The notes under the pieces: generated by a model
What the model was told of the DNA's origin: nothing
The model's input: only the letters and a program-made list of their open reading frames with translations
Databases searched by the model: none
Part shown: positions 30,513-41,067 of the stretch, piece by piece
Layout of the letters: each line of letters opens with the position of its first letter
How positions within the stretch are numbered: position 1 is the stretch's first letter
Assembly: GCA_963798085.1 (NCBI GenBank)
Contig: CAWCRS010000007.1
Coordinates: 416,001 to 480,000 of the forward strand
DNA from: an uncultured Gemmatimonadales bacterium
Lineage (GTDB): Bacteria > Gemmatimonadota > Gemmatimonadetes > Longimicrobiales > RSA9
Reading direction: 5' to 3'
DNA length: 64,000 nucleotides
Position numbers and translations under genes: made by a program

Positions 30513-31467
30513 GAATCCTCCCTGGATGAACGGAATGTCGAACGCCGTCCCGTGCGGTGGAAACGCCGCGGTCGGCGTGCGGGTGCTGCAATGACTCGAG
30601 TCGGATCGATTGAAGGCGAGAGCGGCGCCATGCAGCTGATGCGGCAGAAACGACGCATGGCACAGTATCGAGCATTGACTGATGCGCCGCCAGTGGTGGG
30701 TGGATGCGAGCCCCTCTTGCCGAGTGGCGGTGGGGTCGCGATCATCGCGGCCGCATTTGCGCAGGTGCAGGGGGGAACGCCGGCTCTTGCGGCGGGCGTC
30801 AGCGTGGCAGAGGTTGCTGCATCCGCCACGGTATACAAGTGCTCCGCGGAGGGGCTTGTGCGGGGTGCCGAGGAGGTCCGGCAAGTCGAGAAGGCGACCG
30901 GGAGTAGGGCACGTGGACAGCTGGACAACTACGGACATCGTACAAGGGACTGGACTGTTGGCCTCCTCCCGCTGTATCATAAGCGTACACGACGCCAACA
31001 ACCCCGGAGAGTACTCAGGAGGGCACGACGCCTCCTTCGTCTGAAGCGGTCGGTTCGGACATGGCGGTTGACCTGATCCTGGTTCGCCGGACCATCGGGT
31101 GAAGACCGTTGCTTCGCGACATCAAGCCTGCGACCGCGAGCGAATACCGGGACGAACAGTTCGAGTTGTGCGGCGCCGCACGGCGTGAAGAAGTGGCAGC
31201 ACGCGTTGTGCATGGCTGGTGCCGTGGGACGTCGTAGAGGCTGGAGAACCGTACGTCAGACACGCTGGGATCGGGTACGGGCGGTGTGACGTGCAATGCG
31301 CAGGGAACGCGCACCCTGTGCTAAACGGAGAATGGATTTCTGTCCGGGTCACTGGGACCCGGGTGCAGAAGAAGGTCCGGCGGACGCTCCTGTCTGACCG
31401 GGCGGGTGGATGAATGCCCGGACGGCGGCGGTCGTCCGGTGCCGACCCGCGCACGGGAGGTGCTGAA

Positions 31468-32287
31468 ATGGCCAAGGCATCCAAGCCGAATGCGGCTGCG
31501 CCCTCAACGAATTCGCATCCCCAGGAAGACGAAGGGGATCCGAATGCGGGGCCGATGTTCTCGCATCTGATTGCGAGCCAGCCACCGAGAAGCCGTTCGA
31601 GCACAGCCGCCGCGTCAGTGGCATCACTGGCGGGGCACGTGGCAGTGCTGGGAGGGCTGCTCTGGGCCACCATGGCGGTGGGCAAGGAAGTGAAGAAGGA
31701 AGACGAGGTTGTCACCGTCGTCGAAGTACCGAAGGAGTTGGAGCTGCCGCCGCCGCCGAAGGTGCCGGAGCAGCCGCATCCCGACGGTCACGAACGACAA
31801 CATTCCGCAGGGTTTCCAGACGTTGTCGATCCCGGACATCGTGCCGACGAACATTCCTCCGCCCAACACCGGTCAGATCTTCCGCGAGCAGGACTTCTCG
31901 GGCGTGGGTGTCATCGGCGGCAAGGGCGATGGCAAGCCGGTGGATCCGAACGACGCCCATGCGCCGGACGTGAATTCGGCGCCGCATTTCACGCCCATGA
32001 CGGAGCAGCCGCGACTGCTGAACGGCGACGAAGTGGCGCGGGCGCTGGAGCGCAGCTATCCGCCGCTGCTCCGTGACGCGGGCATTGGTGGCACCGTGGT
32101 CATGTGGTTCTACATTGATGAGGACGGTACGGTGCGGCGCCGGCAGGTCTACCAGAAGAGCGGCTACGATGCGCTCGACCAGGCGGCCGACAAGGTGTTC
32201 GAGATCATGAAGTTTTCGCCCGCGAAGAACCGCGACAAGAAGGTTCCGGTGTGGGTGCAGATTCCCATCAATTTCAAGACGAAGTAG
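31468..32287 (+). CDS. tonB: Energy transducer TonB (frameshift at ~31777)
   Basis: TM helix with SLAGH, Pro-rich linker, YPPLLRDAGIGGTV...FSPAKN..VPVWVQIPINF; frame changes at ccgcatcccg. Confidence 0.85.
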
Positions 32288-32360
32288 ACAGCCCGGCACG
32301 AGTCGGTGAGACCGGCGCCGGTGCCGAGCCGCGCGCCACGAACGAGAACAGGAGAGAGCA

Positions 32361-33104
32361 ATGGGTGTCAATCTGATCGACCTGTGGCACACGATGGGAT
32401 GGTTCGCCAAAGGCATCGTGTATTTGCTGTTCTTGATGTCCATGTTCGTGGCGACGGTGACCATACGTAAGCTGTTCGTGCTGTGGAGCGCGCGGAAGGA
32501 CACGCTGAAGTTCTCGCCGCTCTTCTCGAAGGCGCTGCAGGAAGAGGATTTCAGTGGTGCCGAGAAGCTGGTAGAGACGCACAAGAAGAGTCACCTGGCC
32601 CAGGCGTTCCGGCGCGTGTTCGCGAGCCTGCGCTTCCACGCCAAGGACTTCGAATTGACGGCGGCGGAAGTGGCGTCGGTGCAGCGTCTCATCGAGCTGA
32701 ACACGATCGAGCTGGTCGCCCGCTATCGCAGAGGTCTGGGCATTCTGGCCACGGTGGGATCCACGGCGCCGTTCGTCGGACTGCTCGGCACGACGATGGG
32801 CGTGGTGAACTCGTTCGCCGGCATGGCGAACTCGGGCGGGGGTCTGGCCGCGGTGTCGGCCGGTATTTCGGAAGCACTGATCACGACGGCGTTCGGCCTG
32901 ACGGTCGCGCTGCCTGCCGTGTGGCTGTACAACTACTTCGTCAACCGCATCGAGTACATCACGATGGAGATCACATACGGGACGAAGGAGTTCATGGACT
33001 TCCTGCTGCGCTACGAGGCGCGTCTGCGTGCCGAGGCGCCTGGCGGTGCGGTGGGGACGATGCGCGATCCGCGATCGGGCGCCGAACTCGCAGCCCGGCA
33101 CTGA
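32361..33104 (+). CDS. exbB: MotA/TolQ/ExbB proton channel protein
   Basis: LATVGSTAPFVGLLGT, GISEALITTAFGL. Confidence 0.92.
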   Translation: MGVNLIDLWHTMGWFAKGIVYLLFLMSMFVATVTIRKLFVLWSARKDTLKFSPLFSKALQEEDFSGAEKLVETHKKSHLAQAFRRVFASLRFHAKDFELTAAEVASVQRLIELNTIELVARYRRGLGILATVGSTAPFVGLLGTTMGVVNSFAGMANSGGGLAAVSAGISEALITTAFGLTVALPAVWLYNYFVNRIEYITMEITYGTKEFMDFLLRYEARLRAEAPGGAVGTMRDPRSGAELAARH

Positions 33105-33123
33105 TTGAAGGCGAGGACGTCTC

Positions 33124-33552
33124 ATGGACGAAGATTTCAGCTCATCCAATGTGTTAGCGGACATCAACGTCACGCCCATGGTGGACGTGATGCTGGTGTT
33201 GCTGATCATCTTCATGGTGGTGACGCCGGCGCTGCTGGCCGGCTTCCAGGGTCAGCTGCCACAGGGTGAGCACCTGAAGGAGCGGCAGGACGATCCGAAC
33301 CGCGTGGAACTGGGCATCGACATGAACGGCGACTACTACCTGCAGAAGAAGGCGATCCGCAAGGAAGACGCGGGCACGCTTCTGAAGCAGCAGTTCGACG
33401 CGCGGCCTCAGGACAAGGTGCTGTTCATCAAGGCGGACAAGCGTCTGAAGTACAACGCGATCATCGAGGCGATGAGGGTGGCGCGGGATGCCGGCGCGCG
33501 GGTGACGGCGCTGGTGACCGAGAAGCCTGCCGGATCCAAGGAAAACAAGTAG
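33124..33552 (+). CDS. exbD: Biopolymer transporter ExbD/TolR
   Basis: INVTPMVDVMLVLLIIFMV, IKAD. Confidence 0.92.
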   Translation: MDEDFSSSNVLADINVTPMVDVMLVLLIIFMVVTPALLAGFQGQLPQGEHLKERQDDPNRVELGIDMNGDYYLQKKAIRKEDAGTLLKQQFDARPQDKVLFIKADKRLKYNAIIEAMRVARDAGARVTALVTEKPAGSKENK

Positions 33553-33562
33553 GAGGCGCCCC

Positions 33563-33964
33563 ATGGCAATGGCAACTGGTGGTAGTCGGAAGGGGCCCGT
33601 CTCGGACATGAACGTCACGCCCATGATCGACGTTCTGCTCGTGCTGCTGGTGATCTTCATGATTGCACAGCCGATGCTGCAGAAGAGCATCGACATGCAG
33701 CTGCCCGAGGAGAAGAAGGAACAGGCGACTGCGGCGGCGCCGCAGATCGTGCTGGAGATCACCAAGGACGGGAAGTACCTGGTCAACACGAAAGAGGTGG
33801 CCAAAGCTGACCTTCAGGATTTCCTCACCAAGGTATTCGGCGGCGCCACGGATCAGGCGTTGATGGTGAGGGCAGATCCGGACGTGGTCTACCAGGACGT
33901 GATCGAGGCCATGGACGCCGCACGTGCCGCCGGCGTGTCGGTGATCGGAGCCATGGGCATCTGA
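33563..33964 (+). CDS. exbD: Biopolymer transporter ExbD/TolR (second copy)
   Basis: MNVTPMIDVLLVLLVIFMI, VRAD. Confidence 0.92.
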   Translation: MAMATGGSRKGPVSDMNVTPMIDVLLVLLVIFMIAQPMLQKSIDMQLPEEKKEQATAAAPQIVLEITKDGKYLVNTKEVAKADLQDFLTKVFGGATDQALMVRADPDVVYQDVIEAMDAARAAGVSVIGAMGI

Positions 33965-33974
33965 TTGACACCTC

Positions 33975-34013
33975 CGACCCGCGGGAGCACCCACTCCCGC
34001 GGGTCGTTTCTCT
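33975..34013 (+). terminator. Rho-independent terminator of the tonB-exbBDD operon
   Basis: 13-bp perfect stem CGACCCGCGGGAG/CTCCCGCGGGTCG, 6-nt loop, followed by TTTCTCT. Confidence 0.75.
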
Positions 34014-34156
34014 CCTGCCGGGCGCTCACGCTTCTCCCGCAGTCCAGCCGAGTTCGCCGCCATCCGGCACTGGTGTGGCATCGAGTCGCCATTGTGCACA
34101 GTGCGCGCACCTGACTACCGGGCGGAATCCCGCCGAATTACGTTGCTGAAGGAACC

Positions 34157-34720
34157 ATGCGAACGATCGTCTCATTGCAGGTGAATGGCGACCTCCTCGA
34201 GGTCGGCGTGCCCGAGCACTACACGCTGCTCGAAGCGCTGCGCTACGAGCTGGGCCTGACAGGCTCGAAGCAGGGCTGCGACAAGGGCGATTGCGGCGCG
34301 TGCACGGTGCTGCTCGATGGCGAGGCCGTGCTGTCGTGCATCACGCCCGTGGCGGAAGCGGTGGGCGCCGAGATCCTCACTGTGGAAGGACTCGCCGGTC
34401 CGGATGGGCTGCACCCGCTGCAGGATGCGTTCGACGTGTGCAATGCGGCGCAATGCGGGTTCTGCACACCGGGCGTACTGATGTCCGCGCACGGCCTGCT
34501 GCTGCGCAACGCGACGCCGAGCCGGCGCGAGATCCAGGAAGCGCTGTCCGGCAATCTCTGCCGCTGCACGGGCTACACGAAGATCTACGAGGCAGTGGAG
34601 CAGGCGGCCACGCAGCTGGCTGCGCAACGCGGAGCGCCGGCTGCTGCCGGCGCAGGTCCGGCAACGGCGAGTCAGCCCGGGTCGACAACGGCTCGGCAGG
34701 GAAAGCGAGTTTCGCCGTGA
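34157..34720 (+). CDS. 2x[2Fe-2S] small subunit of a xanthine-dehydrogenase-family enzyme (HcrC-like)
   Basis: GCDKGDCGACTV, QCGFCTPG, GNLCRCTGY. Confidence 0.92.
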   Translation: MRTIVSLQVNGDLLEVGVPEHYTLLEALRYELGLTGSKQGCDKGDCGACTVLLDGEAVLSCITPVAEAVGAEILTVEGLAGPDGLHPLQDAFDVCNAAQCGFCTPGVLMSAHGLLLRNATPSRREIQEALSGNLCRCTGYTKIYEAVEQAATQLAAQRGAPAAAGAGPATASQPGSTTARQGKRVSP

Positions 34721-37159
34721 GGCCGGAAGAGCTGCGCGTGCTGCAGGAGCAGGCGGCCATCGAGCCCGGTCAGCTGCCCGGGCTGATCGAGCAGGAGTTC
34801 GCGCTGATCGGCCGGCGCATGCGCAAGGTGGACGGGGCGGGCAAGGTGACCGGCAGTGCGGTCTACGCCGATGACATCGTGTTACCCGGCATGCTGCACG
34901 GCCGCATTCTGCGTTCGCCGCACCCGCACGCGCGCATCATCTCGATCGACGTTACGGCGGCTGAGGCGCTGCCCGGCGTGCACGCCGTGGTGACCGGCCG
35001 CGACATGCCCGAACCCTACTGCATCATTCCGTGGACGCGCGATGAGACCGCGCTCTGCGTGGACAAGGTACGCTTCATTGGCGACGGTGTGGCGGCGGTG
35101 GCCGCGATCGATGAGGACACGGCGCTGCGCGCGCTGGACCTCATCCGCGTGGAGTACGAGCTGCTGCCGCCCGTGCTGCAGCCGGAGCAGGCGCTGGCGC
35201 CCGACGCGCCGCAGGTGCACGCGGCGTCGAAGCCGGGGCGCAACGGCAACATCACCAAGCACGTGCATCTCGAGTTCGGCGATGTGGACAGCGCGCTCGC
35301 GTCCAGCGATGTGATCATCGAGGACGATTACTTCTTCGAGGGCACCACGCACACACCCATCGAGCCGCACTGCGCGCTCGGCTGGTGCGATCCGCTGGGC
35401 AAGCTCACGGTCTGGTCGTCGACACAGGTGCCTCACTATCTGCAGCGCGAGCTGGCGCGCGTACTGGGCCTGGACGTGGCGAAGGTGCGCGTGGTGCAGC
35501 CGGTCGTGGGCGGCGCCTTCGGGGGAAAGTCCGAGCCGTTCGATCTCGAGTTCTGCGTGGCCAAGCTGTCGATGAAGAGCGGCCGGCCGGTGAAGATCCT
35601 GTACACACGCGAAGAGGTCTTCTACTCGCATCGCGGCCGGCATCCGATGAAGATGCGCTACCGGCTGGGCGCGGGAGCCGACGGGCACATCCGCGCCGTC
35701 GACGGCCGCATCCTGATCGACGGCGGGGCCTACGCCTCGTTCGGGCTGGTAACAACGTATTACTCTGGTCAGCTGCTCACCGCGCCCTACGCATTCGACA
35801 CGTACCGGTTCGACTCGACGCGCGTGTACACGAACAAGCCGCCCTGCGGACCCAAGCGCGGCCACGGCTCGGTGCAGCCGCGCTTCGGCTTCGAGGTTCA
35901 GCTGGACAAGCTCGCCGAGGTGCTGGAGCTGGATCCCATCGAGCTGCGGCGGCGCAATTTCATCGGCGAACGCACACGCACGGTGAACGAGCTGCGCGTC
36001 ACATCGAACGGATTCCTGCAGTGTCTGGATGCGGTGGAGCAGGCCAGCGACTGGAAACACAAATGGCGCCGCCTGCCGCATGGTCGCGGAATCGGCGTGG
36101 CCGGTTCCTGCTACATTTCGGGCACGAACTACCCCATCTATCCGAACGAGATGCCGCAGGCGGCCGTGCAGATCATGGTGGAGCGCTCGGGTCGCGTGAT
36201 GGTGCTGTCGGGTGCTTCGGAAATCGGACAGGGTTCGGACAGCGTCGTCGCCTACATCACGGCGGAGGAACTGGGCGTACCGGTCGACTACGTGCGCGTG
36301 CGCTCCGCGGATACCGACCTCGTGCCGGTGGACCTGGGCGCATACTCGTCACGCGAGACGTTCATGGTGGGGAACGCGTGTCTGGCCGCGGCGCGCGAGC
36401 TGAAGCACCGCGTCAAAAGGGTGCTTGCCGAGGCGTGGGAAGTGCCCGAGGCGAGGGTGGCACTGGCCGGCGGCTGGGCGTGCGACACCGAGGACGTGAG
36501 CCGGCGCGTCGCCATCTCCGAGGCGTTCAACATTGTGGAGGCGAAGCAGGGTCCCCTGTCCGCCGTGGGCTGGTACAACACGCCAAAGGACGTGCATGGC
36601 GAGTACCGCGGCGGCACGATCGGCGCCTCACCCGCCTACTCGTTCACGGCGCACATCGCGGAAGTTGCGGTGGACACGGACACCGGCGTCGTGCGTGTAG
36701 AGCGAATCTGGGTTGCGCACGACTGCGGCCGCGCACTGAATCCGGTGCTTGTCGAAGGCCAGATGGAAGGCTCGGCCTACATGGGCTTTGGCGAAGCGCT
36801 CATGGAGGAGCAGGTGTTCAAGGACGCGGCGCACGGCCGCGCCGGCCTGCACAATGCACCGTCGCTGCTGGATTACCGTATTCCCACATCGCTGGACACG
36901 CCCGAGCTGTGCGCACTGATCGTCGAGAGCGTGGATCCCGAGGGCCCGTATGGCGCCAAGGAAGCCGGCGAGGGCCCGCTGCATCCGATCGATCCCCGCG
37001 ATTGCTAACGCAATATTCGACGCCATTGGCGTGCGTATGGACGCGCTGCCCTTCTCGCCGCCGCGCGTCTGGAAAGCGTTGCAGGACGAAGCCGCGCGCG
37101 ACCGCTGGGAACGATCCCACCACAGAGCGACGCGCACCATTCACCGCAGTGTGGGCTGA
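34717..37159 (+). CDS. Molybdopterin-binding large subunit, xanthine dehydrogenase family (HcrA-like); frameshift at ~36988
   Basis: [50 protein letters not shown]; removing one A restores [18 protein letters not shown]. Confidence 0.9.
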
Positions 37160-37617
37160 GGGGCGCGGAGGATCCGAGGCCTGCTGGCTGAGGTCCCAGC
37201 AGAGGGATCAACGGGTTTCTGCTTCAAACGGATTCACCGCGGAGGGTGTGGAAGCCGCCGAGGGCGTTGTTTTGCTGCCTTCCCAGGGGCGTTGACCGTG
37301 AAGGGTGGAGCGATTGCTGCGGCGCAGGATCGCTGTGTCATTGCAGCGGCGGTGAGTCAGACGCGGGGTTTGCCATTCAGCGGTAGCGCCGTTTTGAACA
37401 CGCCGGGTACCCTCTCATGCAGTTCGTGCCTCGATTACAGTCCCCGAAAACATGGTGTTTGTTGAATCGCGGTAGCGTGCCGCGTCGTCGCCTTTGGTTT
37501 TGCCATGCTGTTTGCTTTCCCGGCACGTTGCGCTCGCAGCGCGCATTCGTTGATCCGTTTGTCTGAAGTACGCGCCGGGAAGCTGGATCTCCGCGCCTCT
37601 CCGCGCCCACTGCGGTG
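37142..37617. repeat. Intergenic element bounded by imperfect ~33-bp inverted repeats (REP/MITE-like)
   Basis: 37142-37175 CACCGCAGTGTGGGCTGAGGGGCGCGGAGGATCC versus the reverse complement of 37585-37617 CACCGCAGTGGGCGCGGAGAGGCGCGGAGATCC; a third degenerate copy at 37228-37262; T-rich non-coding interior. Confidence 0.7.
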
Positions 37618-37696
37618 CATCCGTCTGTGAGCTGAAACGGCCAGGGAGCAGCGAGCGTAGTATGAGCTGCCGATAGCCTGCACTGCGAGGTTCGTC

Positions 37697-40087
37697 ATGG
37701 ATCGGATCCGCCAGGACGTTCGTTTTGCCATTCGTTCACTGATCAACAGCCCGCTGGTCACGACGGCTGCGGTGTTGTCGCTGGGGCTGGGGATCGGTGC
37801 GAATGCCAGCATCTTCAGCGCGATCGATGTGTTCATGATCCGGCCGCTGGAGTTCGAGCAGGCGGACAATCTGGTTGTGGTATGGACGACGAATCGGCAG
37901 CGGGGCTGGAATTCGTTCAGCTCTTCGGTACCGGACTATCTGGACTGGCGGAGGGAAAGCCGGACCATGGATCTGGCTGCGTGGGGTGGGGGCGGTGTGA
38001 ATCTCACGGGCCGGGATGAACCGGAGCGGCTGACGGTCTACCGGGTGACACCCAACTTCTTCGATGTGTTGCGCAAGCGGCCGGTGGTGGGCCGTGGTTT
38101 TCGTGCGGCGGAGGAACAGGCGGGCGGACCCAATGTCGTGATTCTGGGCGATGGTCTCTGGCAGCGCAGCTTCGGCGGCGATCCCGGTGTGGTGGGGCGC
38201 ACCATCAACCTGAACGGCGACCCCTACCAGGTCATTGGCATCATGCCGCCCAGGGTGGACTTCCAGCGGGATCCGGACCTCTGGCTGCCCATGCGTTTCG
38301 CGGGGGATGAGCTGCGCGGCACGCGTTTCCTCCAGATTCTGGGTCGCATACGCGACGGGCAGGATCTGAACGCGGCGCGCACCGAGATGAATGCGATCCA
38401 GGCGAGGCTGTCGGCGGCATTTCCGGCGAGCAACGCGGGGAACGGCGCGCGCCTCGAGCGGCTGCAGGACGACTGGTTCGACGAGGGCTTCCGGCAGGGC
38501 AGCCTCATTGCGGGGACGGCGGTGCTGTTCGTGCTGCTCATCGCCTGCTCCAACGTGGCTAACCTGCTGTTGGCGCGGGCGGCCGGACGCGAGCGGGAAA
38601 TCGCGCTGCGAGGCGCCCTGGGCGCCGGCCGCGTGCGCATCCTGCGCCAGATGTTCACGGAGAACATGGTGCTGGCGCTGGCGGGCGGCGTGCTCGGGCT
38701 GATGCTGGCAGTGGCGGGGGTTCCCGGGATCCGTGCGCTGTTCCCACCCGGTATGCGGGGCGTCAATGGCATCGCCCTGAACGCGCGCGTGGTCGTCTTC
38801 ACCATGGCGGTCTCGATCTTCTCCGGAATGCTGTTCGGACTGGCGCCGGCCGTGCGCACGGCGCGATTGAACCTGCGCGATCTGCTGACCGACGGCGGCC
38901 GGGGCAACACGGTCACCCGTGGCGGCCGGCTGCGCACGGGCCTGGTGATCGCGGAAATCAGCCTGTCACTGGTACTGCTGGTGGCTTCGACGCTGCTGGT
39001 CGAAGCATTCGTGAAGCTGCGCAGAGCCGACCTGGGATTCCGGGTGAAGGACGTGGTCACCATGTCGCTGACACTGCCCACGGCGCAGTACAGGGATGCG
39101 GAACACGTGGCGGCATTCCAGTCGCAGCTGCTGGATCGCATCGGGCAGCTGCCGGGCGTGGTGGACGCGGGGGGTACGAGCATCCTGCCCATGCACGGCA
39201 ACACTGGCACCGCCTACACGGTGCCGGGGGAGCCGGCGCCGGAGCCGGGCCGGGAACCGGTCGTCAGCGTGCGCACTGTAACACCCGGTTATTTCGAGGC
39301 TATCGGCATCCGTCAGGTATCGGGCCGCAGTTTCACGCGCAGTGACACGCGCAATGCGCCCGGGGTGGTGGTGATCAACGAGCTGATGGCGGCGCGGCAC
39401 TGGCCGGGGCAGAGCGCCATCGGCCAGCGGCTGCGCTTCGACAGCACGCAGTACGAAGTGGTGGGCGTGGTGGCGAACACGCGTGATGCCGGGCCAGACG
39501 ACGAGCCGGACCGCATGGTCTACTTCTCGGCCTACCAGAGCGAGGTTCGCACGCTGAACCTGGCGATACACACCAGCCTGCCGCCGGACCGCGTGGCGGA
39601 GAGCATTCGCGCGGCGGTGCGCGCGCTCGATCCGCAACAGCCGGTCTACAACCTGAACACACTGGAAGGCACTCTGCGCAACGAGATCGCCGGATCACTG
39701 GCAATGGCGAAGGTGCTGGGCGTGCTGGCGCTCATTGCGTTCATTCTTGCCGGGGTGGGTGTGTACGGCGTCATGGCGTACTCGGTGACGCAGCGCACGA
39801 TGGAGATGGGCATCCGCATGGCGCTGGGCGCGCAGCCGGTGAATGTGCTGGGTCTGGTGCTGCGCCGCGGCGCACTCATCACGGGTGCGGGCGTGGCGAT
39901 CGGGCTGGGGATGGCGCTCAGTGTGACGCGATTGCTCTCCTTCTTTCTGTACGGGGTTTCGCCGTTCAATCCGCTCGCTTTCACCATCGTGCCGCTGCTG
40001 CTGGTGCTGACCGGCATGTTCGCGACCTGGGTGCCGGCGCGGCGGGCCACGCGTGTAGATCCGGTGAGGGCTCTGCGGATCGACTGA
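37697..40087 (+). CDS. Duplicated orphan ABC permease (MacB-like/ADOP type)
   Basis: QDVRFAIRSL, LGLGIGAN, VLLIACSNVANLLLAR...REIALRGALGA, RTMEMGIRMALGA, PARRATRVDP; no ATPase gene adjacent. Confidence 0.92.
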   Translation: MDRIRQDVRFAIRSLINSPLVTTAAVLSLGLGIGANASIFSAIDVFMIRPLEFEQADNLVVVWTTNRQRGWNSFSSSVPDYLDWRRESRTMDLAAWGGGGVNLTGRDEPERLTVYRVTPNFFDVLRKRPVVGRGFRAAEEQAGGPNVVILGDGLWQRSFGGDPGVVGRTINLNGDPYQVIGIMPPRVDFQRDPDLWLPMRFAGDELRGTRFLQILGRIRDGQDLNAARTEMNAIQARLSAAFPASNAGNGARLERLQDDWFDEGFRQGSLIAGTAVLFVLLIACSNVANLLLARAAGREREIALRGALGAGRVRILRQMFTENMVLALAGGVLGLMLAVAGVPGIRALFPPGMRGVNGIALNARVVVFTMAVSIFSGMLFGLAPAVRTARLNLRDLLTDGGRGNTVTRGGRLRTGLVIAEISLSLVLLVASTLLVEAFVKLRRADLGFRVKDVVTMSLTLPTAQYRDAEHVAAFQSQLLDRIGQLPGVVDAGGTSILPMHGNTGTAYTVPGEPAPEPGREPVVSVRTVTPGYFEAIGIRQVSGRSFTRSDTRNAPGVVVINELMAARHWPGQSAIGQRLRFDSTQYEVVGVVANTRDAGPDDEPDRMVYFSAYQSEVRTLNLAIHTSLPPDRVAESIRAAVRALDPQQPVYNLNTLEGTLRNEIAGSLAMAKVLGVLALIAFILAGVGVYGVMAYSVTQRTMEMGIRMALGAQPVNVLGLVLRRGALITGAGVAIGLGMALSVTRLLSFFLYGVSPFNPLAFTIVPLLLVLTGMFATWVPARRATRVDPVRALRID

Positions 40088-40369
40088 GGCTGCGGGTGGC
40101 GTGCGGGCATGGCGTCGGGGCGTTACCTCCTGCGGGTGGGTAGTTCCCGGCGAACGGATGCTAACGGATTGTTTCACACAGAGGACACAGGGGGCGGAGG
40201 GGCGCGGCAGTCGGCGACGCCGCGCGAGGATCTGATCGTACCGCCCAGGGCACTGCAGCAGGTGGAGCGGCCTTCGTGGCGATGCGGGTTCGGGTGCGTG
40301 AGGGTGTGTGGGGAGGTACCGCGCGGCTGGGGGACCTGGCGTTCTGACAAACTGTTAGGGAGGGCGTTG

Positions 40370-40956
40370 ATGGTCCCGCGGGAGACGCTGTCTCTGGGGA
40401 TGGCGCCGGGGCGGGCGGTGGTGGTGCGCCATGATGCGGGGCGGCCGGGGAGTTCGAGAGGGTGCGGGCGGAGCTGGCGGCGGCATTGCCGGCGTGGGTG
40501 GCGTCGATCCATCACGTGGGGAGCACGTCGGTTCCGGGACTGGATGCGAAGCCGATCATCGACATCCTCGCGGGCGTGCCGGAAACTGAGCAGGGGGCTC
40601 GAGCTGGTGCCGGTGCTGGAAGCGCTGGGGTTCGAGTATCGCCCGGGCGACGGCCTGCCGGATCGCCACTATCTTGCGCGATCGGCGGGCGGGCTGCGGG
40701 TGCATCACCTTTCGCTGGCAGAGCCCGGGTCACGCCATTTCCGCAATGCCCTGATCTCCAGGGATGCGTTGCGCGCCATGCCGGACTTGCCCGACAGTAC
40801 GCGGCGTTGAAACACCGCCTCGCGGACGAAGTGGGCGAGATCCGGTTTGCCTACCTCAATGGCAAGACCGACTTCATACTCTCGGTGCTGCGTGATCACG
40901 GTGGCGATGTCGAAGGCGACTTCCCGTGGCGGAACCTGGGAGCAGACGCGCGCTGA
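40370..40956 (+). pseudogene. GrpB family nucleotidyltransferase-like gene with three frameshifts
   Basis: IHHVGSTSVPGLDAKPIIDI, RDALR, YAALK, YLNGKTDFI spread over two frames; indels near 40450, 40585 and 40778. Confidence 0.75.
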
Positions 40957-41067
40957 ATCGATCCGGCCTGCCTGCGTGTCATTTCTTCGTCACGATCCCA
41001 GTCCCGTCGTCCGGCTCACCTGCCCTAACGATCTGTCAGGTCGGCCGGTGCCGGCTCCGCGACCGCA

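Noticed and set aside
31246..31284. Minus-strand CCGCCCGTAC...ACGTACGGTTC resembling group II intron domain V
   Set aside because: The upper stem does not pair, there is no GNRA loop or domain VI, and no reverse transcriptase/maturase ORF is nearby
30552..31413. ORFs 30552-31076, 30682-31044 and 31219-31413 as real genes
   Set aside because: No RBS, recognisable motif or GC3-type codon bias evident
31745..31790. Programmed frameshift or phase variation in tonB at the CCG run
   Set aside because: CCG repeats change length in frame, there is no slippery heptamer, and similar +1 indels occur throughout the window
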